Source: Ylistrum balloti (Eukaryota). Taken from it: a DNA stretch of 64,000 nt. Both the position numbers and the translations under genes were made by a program. A model generated the notes under the pieces. That model searched no databases, was not told the DNA's origin, and saw only the letters and a list, made by a program, of their open reading frames with translations. Where the stretch lies: positions 558,001-622,000 of the forward strand of contig NW_026782092.1 in assembly GCF_031769215.1 (NCBI RefSeq), in the 5' to 3' direction. Below are positions 1 through 12,593 of the stretch, in pieces (the stretch's first letter is position 1; the number at the start of each line of letters is the position of its first letter).

Positions 1-808
1 TAGTCATATTTAGATATTTCTTTATAAAGATTCTCTTCTGTAGCACCAAACTGAAAACGGGAAGGGACGTCTCTGCTATTAAGTTTGCCACTAATGACAT
101 CTTTCATTTCCCATTTTAAAAGTCTTCTCAATAAGATCATTGATTCATCAAAACGCTCAACCAACATAACAAGATCAAGCTCTGTATTCAATTGCTGTAG
201 AAAGTTCTGGAATTTGTTTTTATCATATTTAGACATAAGCAGTTTCACCGGGTATCCGAAATCACGAGACTGACCATTAACGTATCGATATGACGGCAAC
301 ATTAAGCGAGATTTGTAGAGTTTTTCTGAAAGAAGGGTTCGCACAGGATTGGTTCCTGGAATGCTAAGTACTTCTTTCTTGTTAAAATAAACTATACTTG
401 ATGCAAATTGTTGAAAAGGTTGTCGTACGATTGCTATATAAATGGAATCATTCCAAACAAGCTTTTCAAATATCGTTCTGTTGTAGGAAGAATGAACAGA
501 CATGATATCAAACCTCGTTTGACCGGGTGGTGGTGGATAGAATTTGTCTGGTGTTACTAGTGTGGTTGGACCAAGTCCGGACCCAAGTTTGGGCTGAGCA
601 AATGTCAGATTGTAACGATAGCCGTATCGATAGAAGATGTTTTGGACACTCGTACTGGCTGCCTTGTGAACCTTAAGAAAGGTCACATGGTGTGCGGGAA
701 AATCTTTTTGCTTCATTTTTGCTTGTTTTTCTGTCTTCCCATTCTTTGGCCAACTGATAAACTGAGGAGAGCTGTCTCCGTGCGTTTCTTGTTTTTCATG
801 CCAAAAAC
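1..808 (-). CDS. Galactose-3-O-sulfotransferase (GAL3ST/galactosylceramide sulfotransferase family), main catalytic exon; 3' end runs off the window; N-terminal exon(s) not securely located
   Basis: Missed by the ORF track because there is no stop inside the window. Acceptor ttttcag at 810/809. Manual translation is open to position 1: FWHEKQ...HHVTFLKVHKAASTSVQNIFYRYG (matches the GAL3ST 5'-PSB motif FLKxHKxxSxT...N.F.R.G)...YIAIVRQPFQQFASS...LDLVMLVERFDESMILLRRLLKW...SKYD. Confidence 0.85.
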
Positions 809-3800
809 CTGAAAATAAGTGTTATCGTATGAATGTAATCTTTTAATTACACTGTTTTTATCCATTTTAGGCAAATCTTTGCACAAATCACACTACAATA
901 TCTGTATGGTATTTTTGTCACAAGGGTTATCAGTATATATGTGTATGCGATTTGGTGTTGTAGATGCCATTCTTTATTTCAAATGGAAAAAGTTCATGTA
1001 AACCTCGTTATTAGAAAGGAATATATTTAAATACAGTTTCAAAGATTATTTTATTTTTACAGAATTGTAGTGAAATCATTTACAATGTATAATAGCTGTT
1101 TTAACTTGCTCTATACCAACATGGGTTGTGTTAACATCAATAGGGCGTTATGATAGGAATTTTGTGATTTGCCGCTAATTAATGTGCATAACTGAAGATT
1201 TCATAAATACACGAAGACATTGTGACTCATTACAAATTATTATTGGAATTTAATTGGTTTGTTATCTTCTAAAGCGAAAAGAAACTTATCCAAATCAATA
1301 TTAAATTATTACACAAGTAATCAAGAACTATTTATTACGCGTTTTAATAGCCGTGATTGCGTTTAACGTTCTTACGAACAAAATTCATCCTGTATGCCAA
1401 CCAAAAAATGCTAAAATGTTATACCACATGTTATACGATATTTATGTTTATACAACAGTTGGAATGGTTATCTATGCAATGACTTTTGAGTTGAAAAACA
1501 CCAATCTACTGTGGTAGAAAGACACTTTAAACAATTACGCTTCACTCTCATGTAAAATCTACACTCAATAGCTTATGTGATATAACTATGCTAATAACAA
1601 TGAACACGAAATATCGATATTGGCCTAATAACTGGTTATTGCACTACATGATCAAAATCTGCATTGACGTAATGATGTACATATGTAATGCAAAAATGAT
1701 GTTACATCGTTGTATTCACAGTTTTCATAAGTACTGATTGCATGTACAAAAAATTCAGTTGTGTCAATTTTCTTTCATGATAATTATTCTAGTCAAATGT
1801 TCTTTGGTTTATAAAGTTGCTCTAGTTCTTGTTATTCGAAGTATACTTCAATATATGTTTAGTAAAACGATAACAAACCAAAATACGTCGGACTAAAAAT
1901 GTATAAAAGTACTCTTTTCATTATCTTTCTCAAACTGAATTTTTTTGTCCTAAATGGTGTTTGAGTACAACATGCCGTCGGAGATGCTTAGTGGTGCCCA
2001 TTTGTCTCGTCGGCGAAGTTATCTACTCTATATAATGCCATCACATTGAACAATGATAAAAACAAGCTTCAAGTCACCACTCTCGTAGTGAAGCGTGAAC
2101 AATAACATTTTTTATAGATTTGGAATTACGTTTACCTTAAGTGACAGACAGATCCTGATGATAAAATTCTCTCTGATATAGTATAGTATATAGCCATTTA
2201 AAAATAACAACCTTGAAACATCACATACACAAATTTTTTTTTTTTTTTTTTTAACTTTGCTCCTGTTTGATCTCTTGTTCAAAAGAACGACCCGGGAACT
2301 CCTGCAGCTAAATCCACAATAATAATGTATAGATTTTATCAAAAGACGACATATTCTTAATTACCGACAAAAATAATCCTTTTTAAAAGAAAAATCTAAT
2401 TTGAAAAGGAATTCATATCCAATATTAATGATACATGTCCTGATTTACATGATCACTCTCTATCTTAGTCGCTCCTTAGGTTGACGCAAGGTGGCGTACA
2501 CGTGGTTATGGCAGTCGAAGGAGTGACCACAACCACGCAGACGTCTGACGTATATAGGGGATAGATGATACCTTCAAATATCCATATTAAATCCACATGC
2601 ATATCCTCGTTCTTTCATCACTAAGTGGCTTATCAAACCAAGACCAAAAACACAATGTTTCTTTTAGCGCTGCACCGAACAACGGATGTGCTCTGTTTGT
2701 AATCTGGGTTATACTTGTTCTGAATACACAAAACCAGAGTCTGATTGAAATTGGAAAATACCATTCATTAAAAATAATAAATGACGACAGTAAATTTGAC
2801 AATTACAATTTCCTGTTCATTAACATTACAGTAATCAACTCTACTTAATGTTATCCAATCAGAGATATCCTTAAAATATACACAGGACTATAAAGATGGG
2901 GATCAAATTACGCCGCATCTTAATAGAATCCATGGCATGGATATCTCCAACAAAAGGAGGATGGGATGGGCGGTGGTGTTTACAATCCCGCACTGACCCA
3001 CGAGTGTAAAGTAATGGCGCCCAGTCAAAAAAAATTCTGAACTAACGAATGCATAGTGCCCAGCTACGGACGACAAATCTGGGTTGTTGTCCTCAGCTGT
3101 AACATACAGTGTAGTCCCCCTTACCAAAACCTGCTGTTTTATATGCATAAATTAGTCTATTTAAGAAAGTACCTTATATATACACATTTCTTGATCGTTT
3201 CTCCATATCCCATATGATCTGCTCTGTAGAAATTATCGCGAAATGTACCTTGGTAGAATATGGGAAGGTTCCAAGTCATCATATCAAAGATAAGGAATTT
3301 TTTTTCATATTGAACGCGGTGTGCTTTAAGGCTGGGCTCCCATAGGACAGAGGTGTTAAAGTTGACAATGCAACTTAAAAAGAATTAATTCTAAGATAAA
3401 AACAAAAACAAAAAACAAAAAGCAAAACAAACAACAAAACTATCCGTTGGCAAATGTTTGAAGATGTCTAAAAACGTATCTAAGGAAGTTGCGGTCATTT
3501 TAGTCTAAGCTTTGCTTGGAAACCTATCAAACCGATTTTTATTATTGCTATACCGGCAAAACGCGACTTTGCTACGAGAAGTATGCCTGGCAGTTTGGAT
3601 TATTTTGACTAATATTTGGTTTAAAATATATAGTACATCTTAGTACAATGAAACCAACAAAAATCACCCTTTGGAATAAAAAAACGTACACTATTGTTCC
3701 AAATGTGACATCTACATCGACATAATGATAAGGCAACAACAATCATGTTATCATTTGTTGTTGTTCGATGTGTATTAAATTTTCATTAGTTTAAGTACAT

Positions 3801-5689
3801 AACATAAAATCATTCAATTGTGACCTTTCATAAGAATTGCGGAAAACATTACTCAGGCATATTTCGAATATACAATAAAGATGTAGCTGAAGGGTTTTCT
3901 ATTATCTTAATCATTGTGGTATATATATGAGTGATTTATTTGTTTACTGTAAGTATATATCTATAAATATATATAATGTACATTTGTTCACAAACTTTAC
4001 TTGTAACGGAAATTGCACTAATTGTTTACGATAGTTAAATAATGTAGCATTGTAACACTAAACTCGAAATCGTCAGAAGACGTATGTGAAAGGTATCATA
4101 TTATGAGAAATATAAAATTAAGAAAGATGAAAATTAAAACAATTAAAATATTCAGTAAATCAAGAAACGAGCAAATGCTGTAACGGAAGCAAGTACATTA
4201 TATCAAAAGTGTTTTAAGTCGTGCCCTAGCGAAGAGCAATCCATATCTATTTCTGAAACCAATTAAGTTTTCTTGTAATTATTTTTGAAAGAAGTGTATT
4301 ATTTCTATTGTCATATTATATGTATAGACATGTTTTACTATAACACATAACTGTTTAATGTATCACTTGTTGTACAGGAGTGAAAGTTGTTTGTAATCGG
4401 AGTCGATTTCTTTATGAACGTCATCGTAAACACGATTACTTCAAAAGTTGTACATATATATAAATATCTATTTCTATTTTTTCGGATTAACAATTTGATA
4501 AAGGTTAAGTAATGTTATTGGTATTAGATAGATGTTATATATGGAATATTCGTTTGCTCGTCAATGAAAAAACAAATTCATATAAATTTAGATATTCGTC
4601 TTTACTTACTATTACGTATGAAGAGCCAAGCTGCTACGGTATATAAAAACTGCATCATCAAAGCAAGACTCGTTCCCGAAATCTACAGTAACCAAGATGT
4701 CAGTAACCATTTTTTTAATTGATGTAGTTTAATATTTCCATACTTATATTATGATTTTATCAGTATGTCTTTCAATGACACCGTTTGAAATTAACCTTTA
4801 TACAATGCTTATTTGCTGACGTTCCCAATCTATTAATTTGTTTAAGAATGATATCTTTGTCATTTCTTCCCAAACATTTAGGTTTCAAATATCAGTATAA
4901 TCATTTGAACAATTACACTTTCTTCGTCATTTGTAAAATCCTTGAAATCATTTTATGGTACATTATATCATGATGTTTGTATCAGCTCCGAGCAAATAAA
5001 AATTATACCGGTCATTAAACTTCTGCTGTAGTAAACACCACTGTGTCCAGTCGTGTCGACTGGGTCTTTCTGTATACGTTTGGACATCGATGTATTTCAC
5101 AATGTATGTTCGTAATTGATTATAATCATTTAAGCCGTGAGCAATTCCGATAAACTGTTCATATATCAAAATTTAAAAAAAAAAAAAAAAAATAGATGTC
5201 TTACCAGTATGACTTCGGGAATAAAAATATGAACAGTTCGGGTTATAATTTCATCTTTCAAACCATGATTAGAATACAATAACATATTACAATGAATAAA
5301 AATCGTCGTTATTGCAGTGCGTAATGGGATATTTGAAAGTTTTCTTAAATAATTGACCTGGTTAAGATGCAAAGGTACGTATTACGTATATGACGTTAGT
5401 TTCCGGCCTTCGTCATTTGGTGATTGCTTCAAGAATATTAAAAAAAACAGACAAATCGGCAAAAGGTCATATGTGTAATGACTGTGTTTATGGTACATTA
5501 CAAGATAGCTCGAAGAGAACAAAACAAAATGAAAATAAAATACATTTACATAGAAAATTAACTGTATATTAATGTTGTTAGGAAAATAAACCTGCATCAG
5601 ATTGATCTATTTACGTGGAAACGTATGTAAAATAACCCACGTTCTGTCCTTTTCATTCATCCACTTCACACCTGACTACCACCGATGTT

Positions 5690-7563
5690 TTAAGATGGTG
5701 GGTTAATGTCGTATCCAAATAAAAGAAAATCCATTTTATACAATTCCTGGATTTTTGTTATTATTCGTTTCGGGATGTTCTCGTACGCCTTGACCAAAGA
5801 TTGCCTCCGTTGCATCCTTCGCTCTGTACTTGATAAAGGGTTCGTGTTCATTGCCACGAGAACAGCTTTTGTGACACTTTCAACATTTACACTGTTATTG
5901 TCGTTGAATTTCAATAAAGGAAATGGAACGTTGGTTCTTATATAACCTTGTATTTTCAATGCTTCCCATATCTTCATTAAATACGCGACTTTGTTTTTAC
6001 AATGTTGTCGCATCCATTTCCAATCAAACAATGATAAATAGGTCTTTATCACACCTTGTAACATCTCTCTTGTACCAGGTCCATTCATTTCAGTTACCAG
6101 TTTATTCTTCATTTCATCACTGATGTTCAGCCTGTTTATGATATGTTCCATATCTCGATTGAGTGTCTCTTGTTGAATTATGATATCATAATCTACGTCA
6201 CAAACGCGGCATGAGTAATACACGGGGCACCAGTGTTGATTTATAATCTTATTCTGAAATGCATCAGTAACTATTCTATCTAACCAATCTTCAAATGTTA
6301 TATTAAAGCCGCATTTACCAGCCATTGTCATGTAATCTCCTTTACCGAAAAAATGCGCAGAAACCTGATATAACATTTGGTGTTTTAGTAGGAAATATTT
6401 GTCTATGAATGCCGAAAACAATCTTGAGTACGGATCACGAGAAACGACAATGTTTGTTGTCATAAAAGACTCCGGGTTATGCTGTTGGATCGTCGCTACA
6501 ATTTTGTGTATGTCTGACCTTCTTATCTTAAATGCTTCTTCAACTTGCAGATTCTTCTCCAGAATTAAGGCCAAAATCGACAAAAATGTACAGCCAGATT
6601 TCGCTACTTTACAGATTGTCAAATTACATTTCGTTACGCGGATGAAGTTAAATTTGTCTGGTTTATATAGATTACTTGTCATGTTTTCTTTTACTGCACA
6701 TCCTTTCTGTAGGTGTGTTATTCGTTCATTAAAGACATCCTTTACCGAATAATTCCTTGTCAAATACTTAGGTTCTAAAGATTGAAAACTCCAAGCTGAA
6801 ATAAAAGAATTGTTTCAATTGAAGATATAACTAGATATATACATTGAAATAACTTTGATTTCGTAAAGAAATCCCACATACGTAAATTTGTGTTCTCATA
6901 TTTTCCAGGAATTTTCATCACTGGCTTTCAAAAAGTCATCACCTTTGATGTTATCATAAATACGATTTAAACTGACTGTGTTTCGCTTCATCTCTCATGA
7001 AAATACTTCAATATAAATTCGATTGAGTATTTTCCTATGTTAAGATAAATCCAAGAAATATATGCTTCCTTGATTTAAAATCAAATGATATTTATAGCAA
7101 AGCATAACAAATTTAATAGTAAAGCAAAATTCTTTTGTTCGAAATCATTTTTCATTATGGTCACAAAATCTTATAGATTTAAACCATGGTTCCCATTATA
7201 GACCGATCCGTCGCGACCTACTGTTAATAAAAGTGCATATTTAGATAGTGGAGCGAGGTCATTTTAAACACGTTTACACTTACCACGCCTATTCTCATCA
7301 GCACATGTCCGATAGCGTTTTACATTAAACCTATGTACATTCTGATGTGTAGTTAAATCATATTAGTTTTAAATCTAGAGAAGAAATAAGTTAGCGCGAT
7401 ATAAATGTTTGTCGAATTAATAGTTGTTCATACTCCGGTTCAGTTCTCGATAAAAAAAGCATTTGCAATATGTTCACAATTTTGGAAACGTTTTATAATC
7501 CTTTGCGTTTTCATGTATGTAAATGTTTGATGTTTGGTGTTTTGAACGTTGTATACGCTGTAT

Positions 7564-7635
<72 letters not shown>

Positions 7636-7772
7636 TTATACTTACTTGTTGAATAGAGGAATCCAGGTACTTGACTGTATATAGACAGAGCCACAATAAA
7701 ACACATTAACACAATACGTCTACAATACCTCAGCATTGTCTTATTGAACGGTCTGTACCATTTACAATTCAT
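5690..7772 (-). CDS. Carbohydrate sulfotransferase, Sulfotransfer_2 (CHST11/HNK-1ST-like) family, type II membrane protein
   Basis: Join 7736 (or upstream ATG 7772)..7646 with 6795..5690. Exon 1 is MLRYCRRIVLMCFIVALSIYSQVPGFLYST (basic residues then a TM anchor) with donor a|gtaagt. Acceptor tttcag is phase-matched, giving 398 aa from 7736. Motifs: CKVAKSGCT (5'-PSB), SRDPYSRLFSAFIDK (3'-PB), HWCPVYYSCRVCDVDYD, YKMDFLLFGY. Confidence 0.9.
7568..7633. repeat. (AG)n microsatellite, about 33 units, in the CHST intron just past the donor
   Basis: Directly visible perfect dinucleotide run. Confidence 0.98.
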
Positions 7773-8443
7773 CTAATGCTATGAAATATTCAGTTACATC
7801 TTCATGATTGTTTTAATTACAAATGTCGACGAACTTCACTACATACAGTTTTTGCTATACGTCCAGAAATATTTCATTTACAAAAAAAATGCATCAAGCG
7901 ACACAATGTCTTCCAAACATCACTAAGAATAGACCGATGCTTGGAGCTGTTTCAGTATTTCTCGAAGTTTAAAGAACATGTAATACAGCGAATCAGATAT
8001 TCCTAGCTGATACGTCTTCCATTATACTAAGGAAATGTATGTTTCTGTCTCTTTAATATACATTGTACAAAGAACCGCAATAAACATAAAAGCCATCTAG
8101 ATGTGTGTTCAGTTTTGTGACTGGAAGCGGTAGTTAATAACATGGTTATATGGTTTCTATTTTATCACATTAACACCATCTACTTATTTTAACATATATT
8201 TTTACTGGGGAAAGTTGTAAAGATAAACGTCCGCTGGGAATATGGACATATTTCGAATAACTTCAAAGTTGTGGCTGGAAGTGATTGTCACTAATGTAGA
8301 TATATGGGTTTATTATGTTAAAATCATTCCCTCATGTGATATATACTTTGATCAGCTGTTTTTCTTTTTCAAATAGGTCAATAACTGAACGATATAATAA
8401 CAATGTTTCATTACCATTCATGTGTGTAATCACTCTTAACATG

Positions 8444-8773
8444 AGTCAGCAATCATCAGATCTGGTTGGGAAAATGGAAATTTAACATCATATTCGCCGA
8501 TAGTCAGCAACCATCAGATCTGGTTGAGAGAAAATGGGAATTTAACATCATATTCGCCCATAGTCAGCAACCATCAGATCTGGTTGAGAGAAAATGGGAA
8601 TTTAACATCATATTCGCCCATAGTCAGCAACCATCAGATCTGGTTGAGAGAAAATGGGAATTTAACATCATATTCGCCCATAGTCAGCAACCATCAGATC
8701 TGGTTGAGAGAAAATGGAAATTTAACATCATATTCGCCCATAGCGTGGATTAACAACCACTGGATCTGGCTGG
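8444..8773. repeat. 60-bp tandem repeat, 5 copies plus a degenerate tail
   Basis: Unit agtcagcaaccatcagatctggttgagagaaaatgggaatttaacatcatattcgcccat starts at 8444 (58 bp, degenerate), 8502, 8562, 8622 and 8682. It explains the repetitive ORFs 8466..8753 and 8524..8910. Confidence 0.95.
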
Positions 8774-9789
8774 GTGTTCACCATCATAGTATTCCAAGAA
8801 AGCCAAATGATTCATCCCTGAAGTCTACATTAGTACTGTTATCTTCTAGTAGCCAAGATCTCAGAAGATACGAAGCTCTTATAACCATTCTTCTAATTGC
8901 TGTATCTTAATACCTCCATAACCTGAACCTAATTCTCACACTTCATTTATCACCATGGACATCAATTTTAGAAAATTGCATTTTCTGTCTCCCATGTGTG
9001 ATTAATTGCATTATCTAAAATAAGATGGATTACAGTGTAATACCTATCACAGGTACTGGCTGTGTTTCGCTATATTGCATCTTCCTAAACCAGATGAATA
9101 ATATATTCAAAACATCGACAACTTTTTGTGATAATCTGTTGACAGATTCACTTCAAATGGTTTAGAAGACTTTCAATTGATTCCAGCACGGTAGCATCTC
9201 TGATGAACAGCTACAACAAAGTTAAAACATCACTTTTGAGGATTGTACAAAAATTAGAAATAGTTCATAAAGAGCTAAATACGGAATTAAACTCCATCAT
9301 AAAATGCTTCTTTCAATCGTCAGTTGATTTCATCATTTGGTACCGCTGTATCTATTTCTGAATTTATTTGAAAGGTATCTTTTGTACAATCATCTTAACT
9401 AGTATTATTTCGTAACATTGGTGCAATTTATCGGCAATGACTGAAAACACAAACGTTTTACGACAAAAGTAAAACGACTTTATTGTAGTGAGTAACTTGA
9501 TAATTTGAAGGTTTCTTATATCACAGACATTGTGACGATGCAAAGCTGAGTATTAAGCATATAATACAGGCTTTCGGCCTCCGCCATGTGGTGTTTGCGT
9601 TGATGGATGGATGGAATTTTCAAGAAAACAGACAAGTCGGCATTGTAATATTGAATATATCACATAGTGTAGTGTATTAAGGTAGGTTCATTGTATATGA
9701 TACTATAAGATGACTTGAAGATAGCAAAATAATGAAATTATTGATTTGTTTTAGCAAATTAATTCTGTATTAATGTTGCTCCAAAAATA

Positions 9790-10285
9790 TCTCCTGGATG
9801 TTGATACTTATTCCGCTTCGGCATGTTCTCATACGCCTTAACTAGGGCTTGTCTTCTTCGTTATGTCCGTTCTTGATTTGATAAAGGATTCGTATTTATT
9901 GCATCAAGAAGTTATCGTGACGCTGTCGACGTTTGCATCGCCATTGTCTCGAAATTTCGATAAAGAAAAATAAAACTGTCGTTCTAATAAAACCTTTTAG
10001 TTTTGATGTTAACTATATTCTTATGATATTAGCTTGTTTATTGTCACCAGACCAACTTGCCATCAAGCTTCCAATTAACTCCTTTTTGACACTTTCGAAC
10101 ACCTTGAATTTTTACAGCTCCAGATATGTTGTCCTTCATTAAAGTCTTCATTCAATCAGTGGTGTTCAACAGATTTATATGTTCTGTATTCTGGGTTAAA
10201 GTCTTTTTGCTGCATAATAAACTGGGCTCCAGTTGGGGTCGATACACTTCCCTTGTAATGCATCACTAGATATTCTATCCAGCCA
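9790..10285 (-). pseudogene. Decayed paralogue of the CHST11-like gene (C-terminal half)
   Basis: Translates in pieces to SFEYWLDRISSDA...NWSPVYY / TLTQNTEHI...TD*MKT / LKGFIRTTV / FRDNGDANVDSVT / AINTNPLSNQERT*RRRQALVKAYENMPKR, collinear with TFEDWLDRIVTDA...HWCPVYY...AMNTNPLSSTERRMQRRQSLVKAYENIPKR of the intact gene. Several stops, frameshifts and a deletion. Confidence 0.85.
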
Positions 10286-12593
10286 ATATTCAAATGATCC
10301 ATTGAGTACTTCTCAAGAAATAGCAATAACAAACTTTAGTAGACAAATCCAAGACGGCCGCCTGTCGGCTATTTTGTTTCTTTGATCAGAACCAAAATCT
10401 GGCACAACTAAGGACCAAGTAGGATTTACATGTGAAATTTGAGAAAGATCCATCCAGAGCTTCTCAACACATAGCGATAACAAACTCCACTGAAAAAATC
10501 CAAGATCCAAGATTACCAAATTAACATAATTGTAAACAAAAGAAGACCATGTGAATACACAGTATCAATTGTAAATTGGTATTTTGCTTCTGGTAATGCA
10601 AAAAATAATAAAGATATATGTAACTTTTATAAAAGTTACAATTTTAGTTGAAATGATTGTTGCACGAGTCTAAATAGATTAGTAATAAAGGAACTGTGCA
10701 ATACTTGATAAACAACGACTGTCATTGGATTTAGAATGCGGTGTCGTCAATGAAGCAGAAGACGCTTACCATTTCAGAACACTTAGTCTTAGTATTATTG
10801 TACCTTTTGAGAATCAACATATGCATTTTTTTGTTCGTATTTTGCTATAGTTCCATTGAAATTGTTAATTTGTGTAAATTCATATTCTTTAAACATGTCG
10901 TTACTTTTTTGTCTTTGTTTGTTTGTTTTTTTCTTCCTCTCACAATGTTTTTAAAAGAAGCTGAAAAAATTTAAATCTTTTGTTGTATCTTGACAAGGTG
11001 TATGATGAGCCGCCGTATTTAGACCTCTTCATATTAAAGAGTATACACAAGATATTATGAAAATACACCTTTTAATACATAGAATCAGGCACGGTATCAG
11101 AGCCAAATAAGGAATTTAATTGCATCATACAGGCTTTCATACTGGGGTTCGTCAGGGATGTTTAGAATATAAATTTTAAAATTTTGAGCTCTAGGATTCA
11201 ACTGAGATTTTTTCTTTTTAAATATGATCAAAAGAAATTTCAAAGTGTATAATGTGGATGTAGATTAGCCTCATTGTTAATAGGGTACTTTCTAGTTCGG
11301 TGTAGAAATGTTAATATTTTGCCTGTAACACAAATTATGTTCTTTTTCAATATATTTCATGGTAATTTGTTTTCCTAAAGTACCTAAGTTATTTTACCTA
11401 CTGAAAATATGGATTTTTCCCTGGAGCCTATCTTTCAAAGTCTATTTACTTCTCGTATCCCGCAGCACCAGTTGCAAATTAATTTTTTCTAAACTTTGTC
11501 ATGACCACAATCAGTGATACCAGTCTCTGGAAGGCAATGATGATAAGTCATGAGAATTGTTTTCTTTTGTGGGTGTAAACTGGAGATTCGGTGGAAAAGC
11601 TGTCTGGATCAGTCTTCAAACATGTGGTTTAATAAAAAAAAAAAAAACAACTGTAAAATTCAAGTGTGACCCACACAAATCATGTGACTTTACTGGTATG
11701 CCCACCAAACAAATCTTATTCTTTTCACTATATTATGTATCTTCATAAAATGTTGCAAATATTTTCCTGTACCCTACAATACAAATACTTTTCTGTAGAC
11801 TGAAGTACAGATGACAAATATTAATACTTGTACCAAATAAAGGTACCCATGCCATGCCCTAGTTTTGCACAAGAATAGCTCATAAAAGCCCTTTCTGCAT
11901 AAAACTGCATTGTTTATTTATAGATATAGCAGTGTCTATGTCCAAAAGAGTGAATTCAAAACAACAATGTCAAGATATCAATGATTTATTTTTCATAAAT
12001 AGGCGTCACTGAAGATCGACATATGCATAACTCCATAGCTTATGATGTATCTCATATTTAAATTGCATTTGACCTTCAAAAATATAAAGACTGCAAATTT
12101 TAAATGACAATTGACACCTATAATCCATGAGTATGACACAATAACAAAATTAAAATGAAATCTGAGTCATGATTTTATTTCATTACAAAGAATTCCTCAT
12201 CAGCAATTTCTATGAAAAGACTTAATTTGAATGCAGTTTCTGACCTTAGAAGAATAGTATGTATTATTGATTATATTCATTTCATCCCTTAACAGAGATT
12301 CTAGCACTTTCAACCAACTTGATAGGTTTCCTGTTAACATAAATAGGGAACAATCTTTCATCCTGTAATTTACAAAAATTTGCCTACTATCTAATTTGAC
12401 GTTTTAATCCTATATATACACCAGAATTTCATCCCTACCATACAAACTTGCATTAACAATAAAAACTGTTGCTATATTGAAAGAATTTTTTGGAGTCAAT
12501 TGGTTAGAAATGTTGACACAATGTCACAATAAATCTTGGAGTTCCAACAGTCACTTAAAAGATCGCAGGTTTTGAACAGTAGAATACACAGGT

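Noticed and set aside
2884-2933. Candidate GAL3ST first exon MDSIKMRRNLIPIFIVL with a phase-1 gtatat donor, and a possible small exon near 2259-2304 (EFPGRSFEQEIKQEQ)
   Set aside because: Donors are weak, the hydrophobic stretch is short, and the two candidates need different phases. Cannot be settled without transcripts.
4963-5372. Two adjacent minus-strand ORFs separated by a poly-T tract
   Set aside because: No recognisable family or splice structure, and short ORFs are expected by chance.
8444-8773. CRISPR-like appearance of the tandem arrays (also 54977-56455)
   Set aside because: Contiguous units with no unique spacers, eukaryotic context and no cas genes.
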